A program made the translations under genes and the position numbers. Shown piece by piece: positions 28,601 through 41,089 of a DNA stretch of 64,000 nucleotides (position 1 is its first letter; each line of letters opens with the position of its first letter). The DNA comes from Lingula anatina (lineage: Eukaryota > Animalia > Brachiopoda), in NCBI GenBank assembly GCA_051362555.1, contig CM120643.1:28710848-28774847 (forward strand), read 5' to 3'. Below the pieces are notes generated by a model, which made no database searches, was not told where the DNA came from, and saw nothing but the letters and a program-made list of their open reading frames with translations.

Positions 28601-29000
28601 AGCTGTAGTCTATACTGCTATAAATATGAAATTGAACACGCAGTAGTTCCAGTGTAACTTCAGGCCAAAATGTCCCCTCACGCATGCGTATAATTACGTG
28701 TAAGCAGATACATCGATAGGCGGCAGCAACATTTCAACCTTTCAAAAATATCAGCACGTTCACACAGAAAACTTCTAAGTTTAATTTGATTATTCTGTAT
28801 TTTAAATACACTTTTAACACAAAACAGAATTCGTTTAGTAGATCTAATAATGAGGGATAGTTATTAGATCTGAATTTAAAGGGGACCTATCTTGACGTAT
28901 CTGCCATCTATAGTAGAATTCAAGAAGTGAAGAGGAGTTTGAGAGAGTTTGAGCTTGAGCAGACAGCTTTTTGAGAAAAAATGGTGTAAAGGTTTGTATG
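28601..29000. promoter_or_regulatory. Bidirectional promoter region shared by VAP (-) and the 5'-nucleotidase gene (+)
   Basis: Head-to-head gene arrangement. NRF1-like cgcatgcg at 28681-28688. Putative non-coding first exon of the + gene ends at aag|gtttgt (~28991), with an acceptor at ~29625. Confidence 0.55.
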
Positions 29001-29778
29001 ATATGAGATCTATGTCTTTTGTTCTCGGTTTTCTGTAAGGATGAAATCGATCAAATGTAGAGCTAAAATTGCAACTATTCGTTCTTTATTATCAATGCAT
29101 GGTCTCTAAAAGGTTTACCAATAAGTTAATTTGTCTGTATCAGTGTACAGGGTATGGGGTCTACACTTTATTGCCTCAAATTTCGGCCTAACCTTACACG
29201 CTAACGGTACCCTTACCGACGCCTTTATGGGGGGTATGGGGCACATGTGAAAAGGGAAGAAAATATATTCTTGCCAAGGAAGAAGATATATACAGTATTT
29301 TATCGAAAACTGACAAGCTTGATCAGGTTCATGGTTGTTGAGGAAAATGGATGAAAAATACGTCTTGAAGATCTCAGCGTGCATGGCCTGTTAATATTTC
29401 AGAGAAATAGCGAAACCCACAAGTGCTGACTCTGATTTATTGTTGCATTGGCATGTTTCATTTCCTTAAACTGTTGTCACTGTGGCAGACTGTGTTCAAA
29501 TAATACCACTTGACACATGAAAGCAATCTAACGGCTTCCAGAATTCATTGAAACTCCTGACGGTTTATTGATTTTTAAGCTCCATGTAATTGACGAGGCA
29601 CTTCTTATCTTTCCAACTTTTACAGCAGCAAGGCATGGCTATGTCAGAACAGTGATTTAGATATCAAAACCATCAGAGGAACTGAAGATATTGGATTCAG
29701 ATGAGACACGAAAGCAGCTGTGCGCATTATATTTCACAAATGCAGAGGAGCCATTGAAGTTTCTAATACAAAGTCAGC

Positions 29779-31130
29779 ATGGATGAAGAGATTATGATAT
29801 TACATTTCAATGATGTCTACAATATACAGTCCAGGACAGCCGAGCCGGTGGGTGGTGCGGCCAGAATGGTCAGTCTGTTTAAGAGTCTTAGACATCTGGA
29901 CCCTCTGGTTGTATTCAGCGGAGACTGTCTTAACCCTTCCTTGAGTAAGTCTGCATGTGATTGATTCTTTTAAAGAAGTTTAAAATAGCACTTTTGATAA
30001 TGGTTTCATTAGTTTGCAGGTTAGAACCTGTTTCACAAAATTAATGAACTTAAGCCAAAAAATTGGTCTTAATTTTTTATACCCAAAATTAAACCAACTT
30101 TGAACTTTTTAGATAGATAATTAAATCAGTGATGGTTCAATAAAATAAATTGCTTTGTCTGTTTATAACAAGAAAAAACATGGCTAGTGTTTCAGACCAA
30201 TAAATTATACATATATAATATTTTTAGCCAAAAAGTAAAGACAAACTCACAATATAAAGTCCTTATTTAAATTATGCCTCAAGGCCTCTCTGGTGGTTAC
30301 TAAAAGCAGGAAGCCTCAGATCAAAATAAACTACTCCAAGCACATGAGAAAAAATATTGCTAGAATATTAAATAGTCTGATTGAATCGACAACTTTGAAA
30401 AATAATCCCATGTTTACTTGTAAGCATGTTTGGATTCCTAATGTACTTGCTCATTTGCCTTGAACAGGTGTCTCACATCATAGACTGTATTTGATAGTTG
30501 CTTTTAGATTCACATTGGCATTTAGAGTTTGCCCCAAATGCTTTGGCAAGAAAAGTTACTTAGATTCAAGTGTTCGTAACATTTTCTTAGTCATGACACA
30601 TATTTTATAAATTTTGTATGAGAGAGGTTACAGCAACATAGAAGAATAGTGCACTTAAGCATGAATTAGGTAATTAAATACATAAAAGGCTTTCCTGTTA
30701 ATTAAGAGGTGGCTTTTATCATCTTTGTTTTCAGTAATTCAGTAACTTAGATTTATCATAAAAGCAAAATTGCAATAGACTTCCTGGATTATTTGTGTTG
30801 GTTGTCTCTGAGTCAGTTCATGGTTTGTGGCATATTATTCATGTTGTTTCTGATTATAGACATAAACATACAATGTGTGCCAGACAGTTGAGAAATAACC
30901 ATTTTGAAACCCATTTTCAAGTTCCAAAATTACCATAACAAGAGAAAAGCACCATTTCTATCTCCATTCTGAATGTGACTCAGAAATTAGAAACTTAGGA
31001 TAAGGCTTTAAATGAGTTATGGATGGAATTTTGTCACTAAGTTTTTGATATGGTATACAGGTACATTCAATGTGGTGAATTATAGAAAGTCTGAAAAATT
31101 TCAGAAAAAGTTACCTATGAAATTTCCAGA

Positions 31131-31190
<60 letters not shown>

Positions 31191-32546
31191 ATATATATAT
31201 ATGAAGATTTAATATGCGTATAATTTTGAACTTGGTAATATATTGCTCTAATCTGCTGTTTACCATTTATTATACAAGCATGTGTAGCACATGTAGTTGA
31301 CATAGGAAAATTTGATTTGGCAGAACTGGTGTGTATTTCAGTGAGCAGTGTTACTGAAGGCAAGCAAATGATCCCAGTTCTCAAGGCACTGAATGTTGAC
31401 TGTGCTGTGTACGGTAACCACGATTTTGGTAAGAAATATAAAACTGAATAGAAAAGAATGAATAAATTCAAAATGAATAGAAAGATGATATAACATAAAT
31501 GTGCTTGTCAATATAATAAATATTTGTACATGCATTTTGTCACATATAATAGTATATATAAAATTCCTTTTGTTAATCTTTTTCTGCTTGACCACAATCT
31601 ACCTGTCGTGATTAATATGTATCTATTTTCAGTGATAGCTATTATTACTGGTATTTTTAATATAATTACACTTTACAGATTATAAAGCTTTAACCTACAT
31701 GTATATATTATACTACCAGTACAAGGTATATGTACTCCCAGTCCCAACTTCATCAGATGTTGAAGTAGATGGTTGTTTCCCATTAATTGTTTTGCTGTTC
31801 CAGACTTAGGTATATATGATCTGGAGGAGGTAGCTGCATGCAGAGACAGGTTTTCTATGGTTGATAAGTAATATTTTCTGTTGCAGACTTTGGTATAGAT
31901 GATCTGGAGGAGGTAGCTGCAGAGACAGGTTTTCCATGGTTGATAAGTAATATTTTCTGTTGCAGACTTTGGTATAGATGATCTGGAGGAGGTAGCTGCA
32001 GAGACAGGTTTTCCATGGTTGATAAGTAATATTTTCTGTTGCAGACTTTGGTATAGATGATCTGGAAGAGGTAGCTGCAGAGACAGGTTTTCCATGGTTG
32101 ATAAGTAGTATTTTCTGTTCCAGACTTTGGTATAGATGATCTGGAGGAGGTAGCTGCAGAGACAGGTTTTCCATGGTTGATAAGTAATATTTTCTGTTCC
32201 AGACTTTGGTATAGATGATCTGGAGGAGGTAGCTGCAGAGACGGGTTTTCCATGGTTGATAAGCAATGTGGTGGATAATTTCACAGAGAAACCTCTGGCC
32301 AGTGGACTTGTTACACATGTGATAGAACATAAAGGGAAGAAGGTGCTGGGAAATATTTAAAATAAAAATTTGTAAAGATAAAATAATGTAGATTTTAAAT
32401 ACTTATATATCACAGTGCATGCAGTTGAATTGTTCTTCCTCTCGCTTTTGTATTTCTTCCCAAACTTAAATGTTAGCTTTAAGATTGAATGCACCCATTT
32501 GATATTTTTAAACTTTATTTGGCACTGTTTGTTTAGACAGGAAACT

Positions 32547-32637
<91 letters not shown>

Positions 32638-35202
32638 CACCTCTTGCCCAGCTGGGTTTCCTGGGTCTGGTAGAGGAGGAGTGGTTGGCGACACTGGCCA
32701 CTCTGGACAAAGATGACCTGACATACACAGACTATGTGGACGCTGGACGCCAGCTGGCCGCTGACCTCAGAAACCAAGGGGTGGACATTGTCATTGCACT
32801 GACCCATATGAGGTGGCCCAACGATATACGCCTGGCTGAGAATGTAGACGAGATTGATCTGATTCTAGGTGGCCATGACCACGACTTTGGGGTGCAGCAG
32901 GTAGGGTTTTATTTCCGTATTTATGATTTTCACTTATCTATTTATTTGTTTGTTTGTTTGTTTGTTTGCTTTGTTTATGTATCATGATTGCTGGATTGAG
33001 CCAGTGTTTGATTGATTATTTTTGCTTATTTCATAAGAAAACTTACGACTTAATGAAGACTACTTGAAGATACATGTTTATTTATTTACATGTTTTTATT
33101 CTCCATTTTTCCCAGATCAATGGCAAATATGTCATCAAAAGTGGCACAGACTTCCGCCAGGCTGGTAAAGTAACTCTCCGTCTGGGAGATCACCTGGATG
33201 TCAGGGTGGAGGAGTTAACTGTGGACTCCAGTATTGAAGAGGACCAGGAGATGAAGGAAGTGGTTGATGAGTTTGTAGGTAAGTATGATCTGAAAGTAAA
33301 GGTAAATACCAACCTGTTTTTAGGGAATAGGAGTTAACAGTGGACTCCAGTATTCTAGAGGACAAGGAGATGAAGTGGTGGATGAGTTTGTGGGTGAGTG
33401 TCACTTCTGGAAGAGGTTACCAACCTGTTTATAAGAAATATATTTTTCATTTGTTTTATAAAACAATAATAAGTTTTAAAAAAATTAAGAACTGACAAGT
33501 TTTAAGACCAATAGTTATGTCTCAAGAATAGTTATGACCTGGGCTACTTCAGACTTAACTTGAATTGAAGTAGATCAAAATTTTTGTTGTTAAAATTACG
33601 ACCAACTTTGGTCTTCAGTCCTTACGTCTCCTATTCCTTTCAGCTCGTCTGGACAAAGAGATGGACATGGTACTGGGCCACATCAAGGTGCCCTTAGATG
33701 GACGGTTCTCCAGTGTCAGGACACGAGAATCTAATTTAGGTAGTTAACACTTGGGAACTTAGCATGGTTCCAATCATAACTAGAGTTCTCTGTAATAAAA
33801 AAATATATAAGGTAATTATATGTGTAAATTGACTAAAACACACTCTTCCCCCTCCAAAAAATATAATTAAATTATAAATAAATAAAAGATATTTTATTTA
33901 TTGCCTGAGCAAAACAAAATTTGTTTTGGAAAATATTTGCTTAACTACTGTTTCAGTAGGTACCTTCTTAGCAGACACTTGTGTAATCATGTGCCTCGTA
34001 AAAAAAAGGCATGTGCTTGTGTGCACGTGTTATCTACAAAATGAATAAATAATCTTCTTATCCCAGGTAACTTTGTGGCTGACATCATGTTAACAGTGAC
34101 AGACGCCCACGTAGCTCTGATCAACTCTGGCACATTCCGCTCTGATGTGCTGCACCCTGCTGGAGAGTTCACGGTGCGAGATCTCGTCAGCATTCTTCCC
34201 CTCAATGACCCTCTGGTGGTGCTCAAAGTTACAGGTGAGTGCACCTTTCATTGCCTACCGAGTTTCAGAAGTCACTTGAAACTGATTTCTTCCATCAACA
34301 GATTTTTACATCATTCTGTTATTTCCAGTGATCTCTGACTATCAGTGTGAACTTAGATATTTCCCTCATCTGTTATTTTAAGTTGGTGCAAAATAATTAT
34401 TGGGAACAGATATTATTGATTGATGAATTAGCAGATGAATCATCAATCCATTTTTTTTTTCTCATTGTTGTCACTTTCAATTCAATAAGTTTCAGAAATA
34501 ACATCATATGTCTTTACTTTAAATTTTTAAATTACTAGTTTGCTGGCAGTTTTACCCTACATGTAGGTCATGGCATTTAAAACTTTCATCTATTTATTTT
34601 ACTTGCTCTAGGTCGTCAGCTGATCGAGGCCCTAGAAAACGGGGTGTCCCAGTACCCCAAGCTGGAGGGGCGTTTCCCGCAGGTGGGCGGGGTCAGGTTT
34701 GCCTTTGACCCCAGGAAGCCAGCTGGTCAGAGGGTGGACTGGACACTGGTCAAGGTGCAGGAGGAACCCCTGGAACTGGACAAGGTAAGGGTTATAACTT
34801 ATAAAGGTGCTGTACAGAACAGGGCTAGCCACCCTAGCTCTGTGCTAGTAGACTGCCTGGATGGGCCACCAGTTTCTGCCTGTCAGTGACTTAATTGGGC
34901 TACCTTTGATTTTATTGATGCGTATTAATTGTCAAAAAATTTTGGGCTACCACACTTGGCATCTGGAAGCCTTTCAGGTTTTTACACAGCAGGACCATAG
35001 GGAAGAGGATTTACTTGACACTAAGGAAGGTGTACTAGATTATCCATACAGGGCAAGTCTGTATGTTTGTCAGCACTTACTGTCTAATTTCAGTCATATC
35101 ATGATTTGCAGTCATTTTTTGGATTGTCAGTGTTAAAGTAGATCTACAGACTTTTAAGAACTAAGATGCACCGTCTTATTGATTTTTTCATGCTGATATG
35201 AT

Positions 35203-35264
<62 letters not shown>

Positions 35265-36747
35265 AATATAACTTATTAAAGACATACATGTATAATCATT
35301 GAGAATTCTCTCATATATTCCAGGATTACAGAGTTTGTGTAAAAGTGTACCTTTCTCAGGGCAAAGATGGTTTTGATGTCTTCAAAGATTGCCCCATGCT
35401 GGTAAGACATATATGAGATTTCCAGAACTATTTCTTTCAAGTATCAAAAAGTATATAATTGCTTGATTTTGTATGTGATCCATTAAATTGGATGTGTTTA
35501 TAGTCCAGAAGAAGGGTTTTTTTTTTTTTTTTTTGGGGGGGGGGGGTGTCATCCTTTTTGCATTCTCTGTTAAAATTTCTGTGAGAGACTATTGAATTCA
35601 GTGAATTGTATGTTGAGAAAATGGATGGGGTTTTACAGTTATTAATAATGATGATTTATCAGTTTTTTTTTTCAATTTCATACTTTTAGATAACTGAGAA
35701 ATGCTGTCTGTCTCTGTTTTCTGTTACTTGATTATGTATTGCTCAGACTTACACTTACATTGTTTTTAAAGCTGACACTGTTTTATTATAATATAATTAT
35801 TCCATTATTATCTACTGGTACTTTAAGATGAAGGGTCATATTATGTATCTAAATAAACCAAGTTTTGTCATAGACTAAGTCAACATAGTTTGATTTTAAC
35901 CTATTCCATTTCAAAACAAAAATAAATAAATAAAACCATTTGGAAATTGTAGATATATTTGATATGATTTGAGGAAGTTGGAGTTGACATTTGACTTTAG
36001 AGAAAACATTGCAAAATTGAAATCAAAAGCCAATTATTGGAGATACTGTAATTTGAAACATTGAATTGCCCCCTTCATCTTCAAGTTACTTTCAAATTGA
36101 TCATTTTTTAATCAGAATGTTCCTTTGTCATTTCAAAATGTTTATCTTTATATTTTTATATAACTGTATAAATTTGAAATATTCTTCTTTATATAGTAAC
36201 TCATTCATTACAAGGTAATGTTTAAATAGCATTTTCATCCTTTAGTTACAGTAACCCAGTTACAATAACAAGTTCAACATCCAGTTAACTGGGCACCTTA
36301 ACATTACACTTTACTAATTAATTCCACTGAGAGCATGACTTTTAGGATTAGTAATTGATTTTACAAGCATCCTTAATTATATTACTCTTCTTTTATAATA
36401 ATAACCTGGTTTAGATAGGACGAAGGAGTTACCATGGTCGCGTAGGTTCAATTTTTTTTATTTTCTGAAAGGTTTTTCTCACTTTTATAATAGGCAGCAC
36501 TGATGCAAAAAAATTGTGAATAAGCTGCTCAACGTGCTTTCACTGTAATTGCAAACCCAGTGAAAGAGCTGCTAGATTTTTGATGTTGTGAACGGTTGTT
36601 GTGGCATGAAGTTTGTATGTGTGTAGGAAGACAAAGAAATTGATTTTTGTGTTTGTGTGTAGCAATTGTAGTTGCAACATTTTCTGCTTCTTTTTTCCCC
36701 ATGTGGGTCCCTAAGAGAATATTTAATATCAATTATTATGTCAGTTC

Positions 36748-36782
<35 letters not shown>

Positions 36783-37134
36783 TTTTTGTGTGTTTGTAAT
36801 TGCAACTACCCCAGTGTATGTGGTTTCCCCGTAAACATGATAATGTTAGTCATCATTTCATGTACAATTATTTAGTTACAGTACATGACTGCACAAGATG
36901 CTGGCACTCTCCTCTCTTTGTGGTGGAAAATGTTAGAAAAAAGCATGTACATTGCACTGAGTTTTTTCTCTTTACTTATCATTTATTAACATTGGTCACA
37001 TTTCTCAACTGGGTTTCTGTCTCCAAACATGACACTTAATACAGTGTGAATTGTGTGGTATGCATTGTAGATGTTAAAGGTTATGGCATGGGTTTGGTAC
37101 TGGTATATGTCTTTTTTATGGTGGAAACGTGCAT

Positions 37135-37165
<31 letters not shown>

Positions 37166-39103
37166 CCAGTTTGCTCCTGCAAGATTTAGTTTTATTTTAT
37201 TATTTATTTAAGTTGTTATATTCTATTGAAAAATATGTTTTAAATGCGTGCTTAGAAAATATGTAATATAAACTTTATGACTGGCTTTACCAGTAACTTA
37301 TATTTTAATAGAGGTAGAGATCATAAAATTGCACGTATGACCATGATAAAAACAAGTAATTTAGCATTCATTGACCATTATTTTCATACTGATTTTGGTT
37401 AGGGTGTACTTTGATGAGGAATGGGAATTTGCTTTTTTGTACAAAGGTTTAGCATCTATTATATGCCATAACCTGTTGCAATTTCTTTCCTGTTTGGTGT
37501 CTGTATATTTGCCAGCATTGCTTTCTTATTTGATATTATGTTTCACCATACAGGCAGATGATGAGGGTCCAGTTCTTGCCACAGCAGTCCAGAACTACTT
37601 CACGTCAGTACAGGTGGTGGAGGGCAAGAAACCCTGTAAGTCCATCCACAGGGCCAGCCTCTTCAGTGTCATCAAGTAAGTGGAGGATGAACTCATTGTC
37701 TGCCCTCTACCAGGGCCACAGATTGATTTTACCCTTTGTAGACTTGTGAAAGTGATGATTAAAATGGTTGATCACTAAGTGGAGAACTCAGTGTCTGCTC
37801 TCCAGCAGGGCCACAGAGTGATTTTTTCACTAGATGTTCACAAATATGTCTCTGGCTATTTCTTTATACTTATTTCTACTTAATATTTAAATTGTTATAG
37901 ATACTCTAAGCAGCGTTTTTTGGTCATCCATTTTTATCATCATTTTCTCAAGATGGATTTTTCACTAGATATTCACAGATACGTCTCTGGCTATTGCTTT
38001 ACACTAATTTGTACTGTAAGCAGGAATTTCTTGGATGGAATTAATGTCATCAGTCAGCTTGCCTCTAGTAAAGAGTACTCATTGTCTGGTAATATGATTT
38101 AATAATTGTTATGCTTCAATATAAGATGATTTCTAAAATGTATATGTGTATGTGTAAACCTGCTATGTTGTTCACATTGAATTAATTGATGATAATGCAG
38201 TAAAATACTGGGACACTTTTTTAATTCTTTTTCATTCATTTTTATCACATATTTTTTTCATAATTTTTCGCAGGAGAAAAAGCATCTCTGTGGACATGTC
38301 TCACTTCCCAGAACACGACACACCCGCCAACGTCATACGCCAGCTGTCGCGACAGGACAGCCTGGATGACCACTCCCCCGTGGTCAACGTCGCCACCATC
38401 AGCTCCAAACCACGCGCACACCCATCACGTGCATCTCTGGTGCGACAGGCCAGTATTCATGACTCCATCGGTATCCGTTCCCAGATCTCACTGGTCCGCC
38501 AGGCCAGTATACAAGAGATGGAGCTGGAACATTTAGAGGAGTTTCTGGCTCCCAAAGTGGAAGGGAGGATCATCTTAATTAACAGTGATGTAGGTTCTTT
38601 TATTTATTTATTTTTTTTAATTTTATTTGTTTATTATTATTTTTTATGGGTTTACAGTTTGATATGTTTATTTGTTTGCAGGTGCACATGGAGAAGGTGG
38701 GGGGGGGGAGTTGTCGAATCCTTATAATTTACAAAAATTTTGCGATGTATTCACTTGGACTTTTATGTGTACGATATGTTTGTGTGTGTGTGTGTGTGTA
38801 AATGCATGCTTGTCTGTGTGTGAAAGCAACAGAAAGGAACATAGATACCAGATTTTGTTTTACATCAAAATATTATATTAAAATCACCAAGCATTTTTCT
38901 TACAGGGCAATGCAACTCATGTAAAATCTTTTTTCTCTCTCTTTTTGCACATCAACATTCCACAGGAGCACTATCAGGCATTACTAAGAGAGCGTCACTC
39001 TCACGCCAATCTACCACACACCGTCCACAGAGCAAGTACGCCCATCCCTGAAGACTCTGAAGAATCCTTAGAACCAGAGGAAAATAATAACGTGGAGACA
39101 TAA
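29779..39103 (+). CDS. 5'-nucleotidase-family metallophosphoesterase (CG11883/YfkN-like, no signal peptide), ~631 aa, 12 coding exons
   Basis: Exons 29779-29944, 31342-31428, 32203-32342, 32652-32900, 33116-33278, 33644-33739, 34067-34234, 34612-34784, 35324-35401, 37554-37675, 38274-38589, 38966-39103. Calcineurin-like motifs HFNDVY, SGD, GNHDF, LTH and GGHDH; 5'-nucleotidase C-domain INSGTFR, GRFPQVGG, GKDGF. In-frame TAA at 29764 upstream of the ATG. Confidence 0.92.
31790..32266 (+). repeat. 79-bp tandem array duplicating the splice acceptor and first 60 nt of 5'-nucleotidase exon 3 (6 copies)
   Basis: cag|ACTT acceptors precede 31804, 31887, 31966, 32045, 32124 and 32203. Copy 1 has a 4-bp insertion. 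Only copy 6 continues into the full exon. Confidence 0.95.
32549..32637. repeat. (TAT)n microsatellite next to the exon 4 acceptor
   Basis: About 29 TAT units; source of the poly-L, poly-N and poly-I ORFs in the track. Confidence 0.95.
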
Positions 39104-39446
39104 TGACTGCAATATGCTCAGACTTAACCCAGTCAGTGGCCATATTAAATTATGGATGTTCTTCATTGTTATTATGGATTTATTCATGCTGGCTTTAGAA
39201 AGCAATCCAAAAACTGATAATACATATAGTCAAACATTTCTTGGCAATTTTGTTTGCGAAAAAATTGTCAAAAAAAATTTATTTGATAGCAAATGTATAA
39301 TCTTATGTTTAGAAGGCCAACTTTTCATTAGTATAATTCAAATACTCTTTCTCAATATTCCCATTTATTGCTGTGATGCAAGACATGTCCAGTATCGAGA
39401 GCATGCACTCATTTTACTCATTTATGGCATTCTTTATCAGCAAAAC

Positions 39447-39482
<36 letters not shown>

Positions 39483-41089
39483 CTCCCTTCCAGTAGCTGT
39501 ATCATGTCGTTGTCTTACATTTATTTTTTTTCATTGGTGGCATAATTTGCTCCCAAAATTATTTACTATCATTTCCTAACCATCTATTCACATGTGCACT
39601 TTATTATTAATTTATTTTTCCTTCATATATAAATCGAGGCTTATTTTTTATTTATTTAAGTTTTTTCTCTTATTTTACTTATTATTATTTATAGATTTAT
39701 TATTTTATTATATTTTTGTGCTGTGATGCTCCACTAGATTAGGGATTAAGACACAAGCCAGTGTATGTTACAGGGATCTCTCAGATTAATATTGATAAGT
39801 CTGGCAGATTATTTAAGGTTGAACCATAACAGCATTGTATTCCAAATTAATATTTAGTTTTTTTTTTTATTGTCCAAATCACACAGGTTTTCAACAGTGT
39901 CAGTTAAGGCAACAAAATACTTTATTCGGGTTGTACAGATTTTTCACTAAAAGTCAAGTCACTGCCAGCAGTTTTATAATTATTGTATAAATCAAATGTG
40001 ATTCTTCTGAATAAATTTTAACTTGAATATGCCATCCACATATACATTTCATCTTTTTGTAATTATGCACAGAATATGTGCAAAACTGATGAGCACGTTT
40101 CCAAAATGCATTTTTAAGTGTGAAAAATAGGATAAGACTGAAAGGCAAGATGGTTTAAAGTAGGAAAGCTGCATATGGTGATAAATTTGCATTTTTTAGA
40201 ATTTATGGAGATCTTCAATTCCATTTTAGTTGGGAATTAATATTCCACATTTTTTCTGGCAAGAAACTCATTTAGCTAACAGTTCTATATTGTTCAAATA
40301 ATTATATTTAAATAGGATGTATCCTGAAAATGTCATTTATTTGAAATTGTCATTGGAAATCAATAAATAATCAGTTACTGAAGAGTGGTCTCATTTTATT
40401 CTGCATTTTCCAACTTAACATCCACTTCACATTTAAATGAATCAGATATATGTTAGGGAGACTTGGTTGTATAACTTAAAGTCCCTACAATTTCTTATTT
40501 AACTTATCTTTTTAATTACACATTCATCCGTTGATTTTCAATGGAAAAATGCTGCCTACACTTTGGCAGCGTTTTTCTACAAAGCATATTTTTCATAAAT
40601 AACAAACTTCAAGTTGGTTATTTTCTGTCTTTAAAACAATATAGTAATTTCTCATTAACATAAACAAAAATTAATTACCAAATCAAAATTTTGGTCACTA
40701 TAAAACCGATTTAAAAGTCCAAAGAGCAGTCTTGGCGCCAGTTTGGTTCTCCATTTTTCAAGTATTGAATTAATAAAATGGGAATAGCTTCATGTAACTA
40801 AGAAATGACTGTTTTTCATATAGTTCTAGTTAGGGCAATATTGAACCACTGACTTGTGATTCATTCCAATAATCCTGTCAGTGTGATGTTATTATCAATA
40901 GGTTGTGCTATGTCAAAGTAATAAAGGATGGACAGATAACTGTTGGGGATGCAGGCAATCACAATGAATACTGGTATTATTTGTGTCAATAGCTTCCTAT
41001 TCAATTGTGAAAGAAACCTGTAAATTTGTCATTTTCTTCTAAATGTCTCTGTTTCTGACTATCAAAATCAGCTTCAAAAATTAGCTATT

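Noticed and set aside
31673-32330. Three long minus-strand ORFs (132-203 aa) with repeating peptides
   Set aside because: Antisense read-outs of the 79-bp tandem array; the coding sense is the + strand exon.
32357-32728. Poly-N, poly-I and poly-L ORFs
   Set aside because: Produced by the (TAT)n microsatellite; only 32652-32900 is a real exon.
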